Shown here in pieces: positions 27,985 to 35,825 of a DNA stretch of 56,544 nt. Positions within the stretch are counted from its first letter, which is position 1. The number at the start of each line of letters is the position of its first letter. The DNA lies in assembly GCA_016794805.1 (NCBI GenBank), contig JAEUJI010000039.1:1-56544 (forward strand). Reading direction: 5' to 3'. Made by a program: the position numbers and the translations under genes. Source of the DNA: Gemmatimonadota bacterium (GTDB lineage Bacteria > Gemmatimonadota > Gemmatimonadetes > Gemmatimonadales > GWC2-71-9). Under the pieces are notes generated by a model. It was not told the origin of the DNA, did no database searches, and saw only the letters and a list, made by a program, of their open reading frames with translations.

Positions 27985-28013
27985 CGAAAAAGCGGGCGAC
28001 CCTGCGGTCGCCC
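27985..28013 (-). terminator. Rho-independent terminator after the winged-helix regulator gene
   Basis: On the minus strand, GGGCGACC-GCAG-GGTCGCCC is followed by GCTTTTTCGG. It begins 21 nt after the regulator's TAG, and the end of its T-tract lies about 14 nt before the uppS ATG. Confidence 0.7.
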
Positions 28014-28033
28014 GGGTGAGGCGAGGCCGGCCC

Positions 28034-28402
28034 CTAGCCGCGGGCCATCCGAATCAGCGCTTCCATGTGGTCGAGGTACCGCTCCAGGGCGCGGCGGCCG
28101 GCAGCGGTGAGCCGGTAGTCGGTGCGCGGCACCCGGCCGTCGAAGGCCTTGCGGCAGGCGATGTAGCCGGCGTCCTCGAGCTTCCGGGCATGGACGCTCA
28201 GGTTGCCATCGCTGGTCTTGAGGACGGCCTTGAGCTCGCTGAAGGTCAGCGCGTCGTTCGCCGCCAGCGCGCTCACGATGGCCAGCCGCAGCCGCTCGTG
28301 GATCAGCTTGTCCAGCGCGGGCGCCGCGCCGCCGCCCGCCTCTCCCCTGAGGGGCGCGGGCCCGCCCGGGCCGGCGCGCCGTGCCGCATTCGTCTTAGCC
28401 AC
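28034..28402 (-). CDS. Winged-helix transcriptional regulator (HTH_34/ArsR-like)
   Basis: The sequence [77 protein letters not shown] matches the winged-helix pattern. GTG start with GGAGG 4-5 nt upstream. It overlaps the upstream membrane-protein gene by 8 nt. Confidence 0.8.
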   Translation of the reverse strand: MAKTNAARRAGPGGPAPLRGEAGGGAAPALDKLIHERLRLAIVSALAANDALTFSELKAVLKTSDGNLSVHARKLEDAGYIACRKAFDGRVPRTDYRLTAAGRRALERYLDHMEALIRMARG

Positions 28403-29012
28403 CGTGCCTCCGCGCAATCCAGATGCCGAACCCGATGTGCAGCCCGCCGAATCCTGCCGCCAGCAGGGCATTGCCCGCCGCCGCGGGGAGCAGCAGGGCG
28501 GCGGCGCCCAGGGCGAGGAAGCAGCCTCCCATCACGGGGACCACCCGCACCGAGAGCGCGCCGCCGGTGGTGACCGCCGCGCCGTAGCAGAGGAGCCAGG
28601 TGGCCGGGAGCAGCGTGGTGTTCCCGGCCCGGTAGAGCGCCAGGGTGAGGAGCGCCCCGGCCAGGATCGGGGGCGTATAGGCGAGGACGAAGCGGCGGCC
28701 GGGCCGGCTGGTGAGCGGGGTGTCGCCGGCGCTCGCCTTGCGCACCATGGCCACCACTCCGATGGCGAAGGCCAGCCACCCCTCCCCGACCCAGACCAGC
28801 AGCCAGCGCTCCACAGACGGCTGCTGGGCCGCGAGCCAGGCGGCCACCAGGGCCGTGACCCCCATCCCCACTCCGCCCCACCCCGGCACCCCGGTGAAGG
28901 CCCCGGCCCGTTCCATGGTGTCCCGGATGAACGCGAGGTTTTCCCGGGCACGGTCCTCCAGCGGGGTCTCATCGGCCGGGGGCCGGGGGGCCAGGGGGCG
29001 GGGGCGAGGCAT
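28395..29012 (-). CDS. Membrane protein of unknown function, co-transcribed with the winged-helix regulator
   Basis: Five or six hydrophobic helices. The start is set at the ATG at 29012 (MPRPRPLAP..) because a sigma-70-like -35/-10 pair sits immediately upstream. The ORF track's alternative GTG start at 29069 lies inside the AT-rich motif. Confidence 0.65.
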   Translation of the reverse strand: MPRPRPLAPRPPADETPLEDRARENLAFIRDTMERAGAFTGVPGWGGVGMGVTALVAAWLAAQQPSVERWLLVWVGEGWLAFAIGVVAMVRKASAGDTPLTSRPGRRFVLAYTPPILAGALLTLALYRAGNTTLLPATWLLCYGAAVTTGGALSVRVVPVMGGCFLALGAAALLLPAAAGNALLAAGFGGLHIGFGIWIARRHGG

Positions 29013-29018
29013 GGCCAC

Positions 29019-29047
29019 AGAATAGGGGCGGGCCCGGCTTTCGTCAA
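29019..29047 (-). promoter_or_regulatory. Candidate sigma-70-type promoter TTGACG-N17-TATTCT, 6 nt from ATG (leaderless transcript?)
   Basis: On the minus strand: TTGACG (29047-29042), an exact 17-nt spacer, TATTCT (29024-29019), then GTGGCC and the ATG at 29012. Confidence 0.4.
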
Positions 29048-29068
29048 GTACTTTGTTCTGCAAAGTCA
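29046..29068 (-). promoter_or_regulatory. AT-rich palindromic motif copy 2: TGACTTTGCAGAACAAAGTACTT (abuts/overlaps the -35)
   Basis: Perfect inverted arms ACTTTG-N5-CAAAGT plus AAGTACTT. It shares 20 of 23 positions with copy 1. Like copy 1, it sits directly downstream of an upstream gene's terminator hairpin. Confidence 0.5.
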
Positions 29069-29082
29069 CGGTGCCGGAAAGC

Positions 29083-29109
29083 GGGCCGCCCCCCCGGGGG
29101 GGACGGCCC
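29083..29109 (-). terminator. GC-rich hairpin terminator after the giant Ig-like protein gene
   Basis: On the minus strand, GGGCCGTCCCCCC/GGGGGGGCGGCCC form a stem with one mismatch, followed by GCTTTCC. It starts 11 nt after the TAG at 29120-29122. Confidence 0.55.
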
Positions 29110-29119
29110 GGCCGCCACC

Positions 29120-32100
29120 CTACTGAACGGTCACGAGGCGGATGCCATTCGCCGTCACCGTCAGGAAACCGGGAATCGTGGCCGTGAACGTGCTCGTCCC
29201 CGCCGCCACCGGCCGCATGGCCACCCCGCCCTGGGCCGGCCCGTTGGTCGGTGTGTAGTAGAGGTTCCCGGTGGCCGCGATGATCGCGGTCTTGGGGCTC
29301 CCGGCACCGACGCTGTCCACCAGGGTCGCGGCCGCGGGGGTGCTGCTGGTAAAGGTGACCACCGGCGCCGACGGCGCCCCCGCCCGCACCGTCTGGACCC
29401 GGACCAGGGCGGTGTTCTGCACATTGGGCAGGCCGATCTGCGCATAGAAGTTCACGTCGGGGCCGCCCGCGGTGTAGGCGCTGGCGCTCAATCCCTGGAG
29501 CTCCACCGCCGGCCGGTCCACCGACACCCCGACGGTGCCGTTGGTGAAGCCGGACGCCACGGCGGTGATGGTCACCGTAGTCGTGCTGCTGATCCCTTCC
29601 AGCCCCGCCGCGGAGAAGCTGAATCCGGTCTGGCCGTTGGCCAGGAAGATCTGGATCGAGCCGCTGCCCGGCGTGGTGGCATTCGGCGCCAGCAGGAGGA
29701 TGGTGCTGTCGGAGGAGGTCAGCGTCACGGTCACTCCGCCATGCTGGCCGGCGCCGAGGTTGCCGAACCCGCTCTCCTGCAGGCCGCTGCCGATCGTCGG
29801 GTAGTTGGTGGTCAGGCTGATGCTCGGCTGGATGACATTCACCGTCCGGGCACCGCTGTTGATGGCCGGCGTGAAGCCGGGCATGCTGACCGAGATGATC
29901 GTCGAACCGACGAGGAGGGGCCGGAACGCCACCCCGCCGCCCGCCGTGCCGCTCGGGTGGGTGTAGTAGAGGTTCACCGGGACCCGCGCGGTGCCGCTGG
30001 CGGCACCCCCGCTCGCGGCCGAGAGGCTGTCCAGCACGGTGCCCACGGCGGCGGTCCCACTGGTAAAGGTGGCCGTCAGGGGGCCGCTGGCGCCGCCCCG
30101 GCGATTCTGGACCCGGGCGAGGTTGAAGTTGCCCCCGCCGAGCACGCCAACCTGGGCGTAGAAGTTCGCGTCGTTGTCGAAGGGCGTCATCTGCCCCGGC
30201 AGGCCCTGGATCTCGACCCCGGGCGTCACGGTGCGGACCAGGACGCTCTCCGGCGCGAACCGGGGTTCGGAGATCACCACCCAGGTGCTGTCCACCACGC
30301 CCTCGAGGGCCTGGTAATAGATGGTCAGGCTCGACTGGCCGTTGGTCAGGTTCCGGGTGAAGGACGGGACCCCCGGGCTGGCCGGGAGGGTGTCCACCAG
30401 GACCACGGCGGGGTTGCGGGAGGTGACCGTCACCGCCGCGCCGCCGTGCTGGCTGGCGGACAGGAAGCCGGATCCGGACTCCTGCAGCCCGCTCCCGATA
30501 AAGGGATAGTTCACCCCGATGCTCGTCGTCGGCTGGGTGATGGTGATGCCGCGACTCGACGTTCCCATCGTGGCGTACCCCACCGCACTCACCCGGACAG
30601 TGTCGTTCCCGGCAGCCAGCGGCCGGAAGTGCACGCCGCCGGTGGCCGGGCCGCTCGGCGGGGTGTAATAGAGGCTGCCGGTGGTGTCGATGGTCACCGT
30701 GACGGTATCCGCGCCGCCGGTGCCCAGGGTGACACTGTCGGCCAGGATGCCCGCGCCGCCCGGCAGGCTCGCGAACGTGACCGGGAGCGGCGCCGGCGCG
30801 CCGCCGCGGAGGTTCTGCACCCGGGCGAGGCTGGTGAACTGGCCGTTCGCCACCCCGACCTGCGCGTACAGGTTGTTGACCCCGGTGAGCGTGGTGGTGG
30901 TGGTCGGAAGTCCCTGCAGCTCCACCGCCGGCTGCACCGCCGTGACCAGCACCGAGTCGGAAGCGAAGCGGGGCTCGCTCACCCGGATGTAGCCCGACAG
31001 GAACTGGGAGAATTCCTTCACCTGCACATAGTAGGTCACGCCGGTCTGCCCGTTGGCCAGCGGCTTGACGATGGAATCGTACCCCGGGCCGTTCGGCAGG
31101 GTGTCGATGACGAACACCGTCGGATCGAGCGAGCGGATGGTCACCGAGGCGCCGCCATGCTGGCTGGCCCCGAGGCTGGCAAAGCCGGACTCCTGCAGGC
31201 CGACCCCGACCTGGGGGTAGTTGACCGAGATCGAGGTGACCGGCTGGGTGACCGTGATGCCTCGGGTGGAATTGGCCATGGTAAGGAAGCTCGGCGCCGA
31301 GACCGACACGGAGTCGGTGCCCTGCCCCGCCGGCTTGAAGCTGATGCCACCCGTCGCCGGACCGGACGGGGGGGTGTAGTACACCCCCGACGCGATCGTC
31401 GCCTGGGCGGTCTGGGCCCCCGCCGGGGTAGCGCTGTCGATCACCACGCCGACGGCCGTCCCGCCCTGGATCGAGAAGGTCACCGGGATCGGCGCGACCC
31501 CGGGCCGGTGATTCTGGACCCGCGCCAGTCCCGTGAGCGGGCCGTTCGGCACCCCGACCTGCGCATAGAGGTTGCTCGCCGTGGACAGCGTCGTGGTCGT
31601 GGTCGGCAGGCCCTGCAGCTCGATGCCGGGCGCGACCACGGTCAGGGTGTCGGGTACCGGGGCAAACCCGGGGGCGGAAGCGGTCACCACTGCGGCGCCG
31701 CTCACTCCCTCGACCCCGTGGACGTAGTAGGTGAAGCTGGTGCCGAGGGGCGGGACCGGCACCGTCAGGCTTCCCACCCCCGGGGTGCCAAGCGCGGTCG
31801 AGAGCAGGAGCAGGGACGAATCCGAACTGGTGAGCGTGACGGTCAGGCCGCCATGGTTGTTCGCCGCGAGGAAGACGTTGCCGCTCTCCACCAGCCCGTT
31901 CCCGACCTGCGGATAGTTGGTACTGGCCGTGATGGCCGGGGCCGGGCTCACCGTCACCAGCACGCTGTCCGGCTGCAGGTTGGGCGCCGTGGCCACCAGG
32001 TACGTGGAGCAGGTCAGGCCGGCCGACCCGCCATACGTCACCGTCGAGGTGGCGCTCACCTGGCCGGTGATGATCGTGACCGGCGAGGTCGCGGCGACGC

Positions 32101-34435
32101 AGGCCGGATCCCGCGGCGTGAGCGTCACCGCGATGCCCGGGGCGGGCGCGGCCGTGGCGGCGCCGTTGCTCTCGAAGTTGACGGTGATCGGGCTGCCGAA
32201 GCTCGCGTTGATGTTCAGCCCCGTCTGCACCACGTTGAGCGACGCGGCGGTGGTGGCCGCGGTCACGCCGTCCACGTAGCTCGGGTTGCTCACCGTGATC
32301 GTCGCGGTGCCGGGGAGGACGCCGGAGAGGGTGGCGTTGGCCGACTGGCTCCCGGCCGGGATGTTCACCGTCGGCGTCAGGACCCCCACCAGCGCGGTGT
32401 TGCTGCTGCTCACGGCGAAGGTCACGCCGCCCGCCGGCGCCGGGGCCGGCAGCACGATCGGCAGCGACTGGGTCTGGCCGTACGGCACCGCCAGCGTGGG
32501 GGGCACCGAGACATTGCGATTCTGCACGTCAACGGTGAGCGAGCCGGCGGTGTAGCCGGAGGCCGTGCCATCCAGCGTGCCGCTGCCCACCGACACTCCG
32601 GTGACGACCACGCTGTCCTGGGTGGCGCCCTGCGGGATGAGGACGCTCGCCGGCGCCACGGTGAAGACCCCGGGGGCGCTGCTGGCGAGCGCCACCACGG
32701 TGCCGCCGACGGGCGCCGGCGTGTTGAGGGTCACCCGCACCTTGGAGGTCAGGCCCACGCCCACCCCCGGAATGCCCATGAAGCTGAGCTGGATCGTGGG
32801 CTGGCCGAAGAACGTCGTCGCGCTGAAGCTGGTCTGGGCGCCCGCGGCGGTGACCGTCGCCGTCGGTGTGGCCTGGCTGCCGCCCAGCGTCCAGCTGCCC
32901 TGCACCCGCCCCTGGGCGTCGCTGGTGTCCGTGGGCGGCGCGATCGTGCCATCGGTGGCGGTCCAGACCGCGGGGATGCCCGGCACCACGTTCGCGAAGG
33001 TGTCCCGCACTTCCGCCACCAGCGGCTGCGCCAGCGTGCGGCCGGCGGAGTCGGCCTGGGAGTCCCCGGAGATCCGCACCAGGGTGGCCACCGCGGTCGG
33101 GATCCCGGTCGCGTTGAAGGTGACGACGGGAAGCCCGGTCACGGTGGCGGTGACGGAGTTGCCGCCGATGACCTGGCCCAGCCGCCAGCTGCCGACGGTC
33201 GCGATCCCCGAGGCGTTGGTCACGGCGGTGGCGCCGGTGACCGAGCCGTTGCCGCTCGCCACCCCGAAGGTGACCGTGACGCCCGCGAGCGGCGCGTTCG
33301 CGGAGTCCCGCACCAGCACCGAGGGGGCCGCTGCGACCAGCTGGTTCACGATGGCGGACTGGCTGGTGGCCGACGCGGCGGTCACCGACGCCGGACCGCC
33401 CGGCCCGCCCCCCACCACATTCAGGGTGAACAGGAGCGGGGAACCGGTGAGCCCGGCCGCCGTCACCGAGACGTTGGCCGGTCCGGCCGTGCTGCCCGCA
33501 GTGACTACCGCCTGGGCGAAGCCGTTGGCGTCGGTGACCGCGCTCGCCGGCGCGATGGTCGTCCCGGCCGGCGGGGCGACCAGCGCGAAATTGACCGTGA
33601 ACCCGGCGGTGTAGGGGTTGTTCAGCGCGTCGCGGACCTGGACTACGACCGGCTGGGAGGCCTGGCCGGTGCCCACCTGCTGGCTGTCCCCCGAAACCTC
33701 CACCAGCGTGGCGGCGGCCGGCGCAATCGCGAGCGGCGCCGTGCGGGTGAGGTCGTTGGGGGTGAGCGCGGTGAGGATCACCCCGCCCGTGGCGCCGGGA
33801 AGGGCCCGCACCCAGGCGCTGTCGAGCCCCCGCGGGGTGGTCCGGACCACCAGCGTATCGGACGAAGTGATCCCCACCGGGACCCCCGGCACCACCACCC
33901 CGCCCTGCCACACCACCGCGAAGGCGAGGACGCTGTCCCCGGCCGGCACGCTGCCGCTGGTCAGGAACAGCTGCACGCTGTCGGCGGCGCTCCCCGGACC
34001 GACGTAGGTCGGGTCAAGCGGCGGGGTCGGTGTCGTCTGGCCCGAGGCGGCGGTGACCACCGCACGCACCGAGTAGTACACGATGCCGCCACCCCGCGCC
34101 TCGGCGTACAGGTAGAACTGCTCCGGCGACGTGGTGAGCGAGACCTGGATCGGGACGATGAGGGAGTCGTTGCGGGCGGCGAAGCGGGCGGCCGGGATCA
34201 GCTGCGAGAACGCGACGCTGGAATCGCTGGTGCGGCGCAGCTCGATGAGGACCGTGTCCACCGGGATGGGAATCGCGCCCCCGGCCCGCAGCAACCCGGT
34301 GACGTCCATGCTCGCCTGCACCACCGGCCCCGGCCCGACCGCGGAATCGGTCGAGCAGGTCGTGAGCAGGAGCGCGCCCAGGAACGCGCGAACGGCTCGG
34401 ACCAGCGCGGCACGTCGGACCGGAAGCAGGGGCAC
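29120..34435 (-). CDS. Giant Ig-like-repeat surface lipoprotein (Big_1/invasin-type domains plus four ~230-aa C-terminal repeats)
   Basis: A 1807-codon open frame. A signal/lipobox-like N-terminus (RRAALVRAVRAFLGALLLTTC) follows the GTG at 34435. The start is uncertain: TTG codons at 34468 and 34462 are alternatives. At least three Big_1-like domains are present (e.g. VVVQVRDALNNPYTAGFTVNFALV..TDANGFAQAVVTAGSTAG), followed by further Thr/Val/Ala-rich beta domains. Confidence 0.85.
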   Translation of the reverse strand: MPLLPVRRAALVRAVRAFLGALLLTTCSTDSAVGPGPVVQASMDVTGLLRAGGAIPIPVDTVLIELRRTSDSSVAFSQLIPAARFAARNDSLIVPIQVSLTTSPEQFYLYAEARGGGIVYYSVRAVVTAASGQTTPTPPLDPTYVGPGSAADSVQLFLTSGSVPAGDSVLAFAVVWQGGVVVPGVPVGITSSDTLVVRTTPRGLDSAWVRALPGATGGVILTALTPNDLTRTAPLAIAPAAATLVEVSGDSQQVGTGQASQPVVVQVRDALNNPYTAGFTVNFALVAPPAGTTIAPASAVTDANGFAQAVVTAGSTAGPANVSVTAAGLTGSPLLFTLNVVGGGPGGPASVTAASATSQSAIVNQLVAAAPSVLVRDSANAPLAGVTVTFGVASGNGSVTGATAVTNASGIATVGSWRLGQVIGGNSVTATVTGLPVVTFNATGIPTAVATLVRISGDSQADSAGRTLAQPLVAEVRDTFANVVPGIPAVWTATDGTIAPPTDTSDAQGRVQGSWTLGGSQATPTATVTAAGAQTSFSATTFFGQPTIQLSFMGIPGVGVGLTSKVRVTLNTPAPVGGTVVALASSAPGVFTVAPASVLIPQGATQDSVVVTGVSVGSGTLDGTASGYTAGSLTVDVQNRNVSVPPTLAVPYGQTQSLPIVLPAPAPAGGVTFAVSSSNTALVGVLTPTVNIPAGSQSANATLSGVLPGTATITVSNPSYVDGVTAATTAASLNVVQTGLNINASFGSPITVNFESNGAATAAPAPGIAVTLTPRDPACVAATSPVTIITGQVSATSTVTYGGSAGLTCSTYLVATAPNLQPDSVLVTVSPAPAITASTNYPQVGNGLVESGNVFLAANNHGGLTVTLTSSDSSLLLLSTALGTPGVGSLTVPVPPLGTSFTYYVHGVEGVSGAAVVTASAPGFAPVPDTLTVVAPGIELQGLPTTTTTLSTASNLYAQVGVPNGPLTGLARVQNHRPGVAPIPVTFSIQGGTAVGVVIDSATPAGAQTAQATIASGVYYTPPSGPATGGISFKPAGQGTDSVSVSAPSFLTMANSTRGITVTQPVTSISVNYPQVGVGLQESGFASLGASQHGGASVTIRSLDPTVFVIDTLPNGPGYDSIVKPLANGQTGVTYYVQVKEFSQFLSGYIRVSEPRFASDSVLVTAVQPAVELQGLPTTTTTLTGVNNLYAQVGVANGQFTSLARVQNLRGGAPAPLPVTFASLPGGAGILADSVTLGTGGADTVTVTIDTTGSLYYTPPSGPATGGVHFRPLAAGNDTVRVSAVGYATMGTSSRGITITQPTTSIGVNYPFIGSGLQESGSGFLSASQHGGAAVTVTSRNPAVVLVDTLPASPGVPSFTRNLTNGQSSLTIYYQALEGVVDSTWVVISEPRFAPESVLVRTVTPGVEIQGLPGQMTPFDNDANFYAQVGVLGGGNFNLARVQNRRGGASGPLTATFTSGTAAVGTVLDSLSAASGGAASGTARVPVNLYYTHPSGTAGGGVAFRPLLVGSTIISVSMPGFTPAINSGARTVNVIQPSISLTTNYPTIGSGLQESGFGNLGAGQHGGVTVTLTSSDSTILLLAPNATTPGSGSIQIFLANGQTGFSFSAAGLEGISSTTTVTITAVASGFTNGTVGVSVDRPAVELQGLSASAYTAGGPDVNFYAQIGLPNVQNTALVRVQTVRAGAPSAPVVTFTSSTPAAATLVDSVGAGSPKTAIIAATGNLYYTPTNGPAQGGVAMRPVAAGTSTFTATIPGFLTVTANGIRLVTVQ
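29123..31918 (-). repeat. Four tandem in-frame ~690-710-bp repeats (228-237 aa each) inside the giant protein gene
   Basis: Unit boundaries by codon arithmetic are 31918-31223, 31222-30512, 30511-29807 and 29806-29123. Each unit has the anchor motifs NYP-x-[VI]G-x-GL-x-ESG, [QN]HGG, [VI]E[LI]QGL, N-[LF]-YAQ[VI]G, [LV]-[AV]-RVQ, LYYTP and GG[IV]-x-[FM]-[KR]-P. Confidence 0.8.
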
Positions 34436-34469
34436 GGGGCTCTTTGGATGAGAGGGAGACAACTCCAAC

Positions 34470-35816
34470 CTAGAGACGCACTTGTGGGGTGTCAAACGGG
34501 CGGCCGGTGTGGGCCGGAAGCCACAGCCGTGCGCGCGCGCCACGGTCGCCTGGCCGGTTCTCCAGGGTCAGCCTGCCCCCATGACCCTCCGCGATCTGCC
34601 GGGAGAGCGCCAGGCCAATGCCCGACCCGCCGGGCTTCGTAGTAAAGAACGGCACGAACAGGTTGGTTGTCTCACCGATGCCGGGGCCGTCGTCGTCCAC
34701 CTCGAGTACCAGCCCCAGGCCGGCGAGCCGCCACCGGATCCGGACGCCGCCGCCGGAGTCGAGGGCGGCATCCACGGCGTTCTGCACCAGGTTGATCAGG
34801 AGCTGGTCGAGCTGATCCCCGTCGGCGGAGAGGGTCACTTCGGGCCCCGGCTCCACCTCCACCGGCAGCCGCCGTTCGAGGCCCGCGACCCGCCGCACCC
34901 AGTCCGCCACCACCACCGGGCGGGGAACCGGCCGCGGCAGCCGCGCCAGCCGGGCGTAGGCGGCCAGGAACCGCCCCAGCGCGTCGGAGCGCTGCCCGAT
35001 GATGTCGAGGCCCTGGCGCAGGTCCGCCTCGCTGTCCGGCGTCCGCTGGCCCCGGTCGAGGAGGGACCGGAGGCTGCCGGCCAGGGAGCGGATCGGAGCC
35101 AGCGAGTTGTTGATCTCGTGCGACAGCACCCGGATGAGGCGCTGCCATGCCTGGCGCTCCTCGACCTGCAGGGTGCGGCTCACGTCGGTAAGCAGCACCA
35201 GCTGGTGGGGGCGCCCATCCTGCCGGAAGCTGCTGCGCCGGAGTTCCCAGCGCCCCGCCCCCGCCCCGGGGCGGTCCATGACCCGGGGGGACTCCCCGGC
35301 CAGGCACTCGGCCAGGCCCAGCGCCTCCGCGGAACGGCCCAGGAGCCGCTCCGGCGGCTGCCCCAGGAGCCGCTCGCCCCCGCGGTTGACCAGTCGCAGC
35401 ACCGCCTCATCGTCGAAGGCGAAGACTGCCGCGTCGATTTCGTTGAGCACGGCCCGCACCAGCGCCGTCGCTTCCACCATGCCGAGCCGCTGGACCCGCA
35501 GCATCTCGGCCAGCTGGTTCGCCTCGAGGTACACCAGCCCCAGCGAGTCATCCCGGGCATCGGCGCCGCGGGCCCGGAGGGAGTAGTCCCCTTCGCGCAG
35601 CGCGCCGAGCACGTTGGAGAGGGTCTGCAGCGGGCGCACCACCCGCTCGTACAGGGAGAGGAGCCCCGCGCCGAGCCCGGCGGCGATGAACAGCGTGGCG
35701 GTCCACTGCAGCCGGGAGGTAAAGTCCCCGCGCCAGAGCAGCGCCAGGGCGATGACGACCGCCGGGAGCGCCGCCAGCGCCGCGACCAGCAGCACCCGCC
35801 GGGGGTGATTCCGCAT
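34470..35816 (-). CDS. Sensor histidine kinase (2 TM + HAMP + PAS-like + HisKA + HATPase; NtrY/AtoS-like)
   Basis: Two N-terminal TM helices, a HAMP-like segment (RVVRPLQTLSNVLGALREGDYSLR), H-box LSHEINNSLAPI, N-box LINLVQNAVDA, G1 VDDDGPGI and G2 GGSGIGLAL. Confidence 0.9.
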   Translation of the reverse strand: MRNHPRRVLLVAALAALPAVVIALALLWRGDFTSRLQWTATLFIAAGLGAGLLSLYERVVRPLQTLSNVLGALREGDYSLRARGADARDDSLGLVYLEANQLAEMLRVQRLGMVEATALVRAVLNEIDAAVFAFDDEAVLRLVNRGGERLLGQPPERLLGRSAEALGLAECLAGESPRVMDRPGAGAGRWELRRSSFRQDGRPHQLVLLTDVSRTLQVEERQAWQRLIRVLSHEINNSLAPIRSLAGSLRSLLDRGQRTPDSEADLRQGLDIIGQRSDALGRFLAAYARLARLPRPVPRPVVVADWVRRVAGLERRLPVEVEPGPEVTLSADGDQLDQLLINLVQNAVDAALDSGGGVRIRWRLAGLGLVLEVDDDGPGIGETTNLFVPFFTTKPGGSGIGLALSRQIAEGHGGRLTLENRPGDRGARARLWLPAHTGRPFDTPQVRL

Positions 35817-35825
35817 CGCCGCGGG

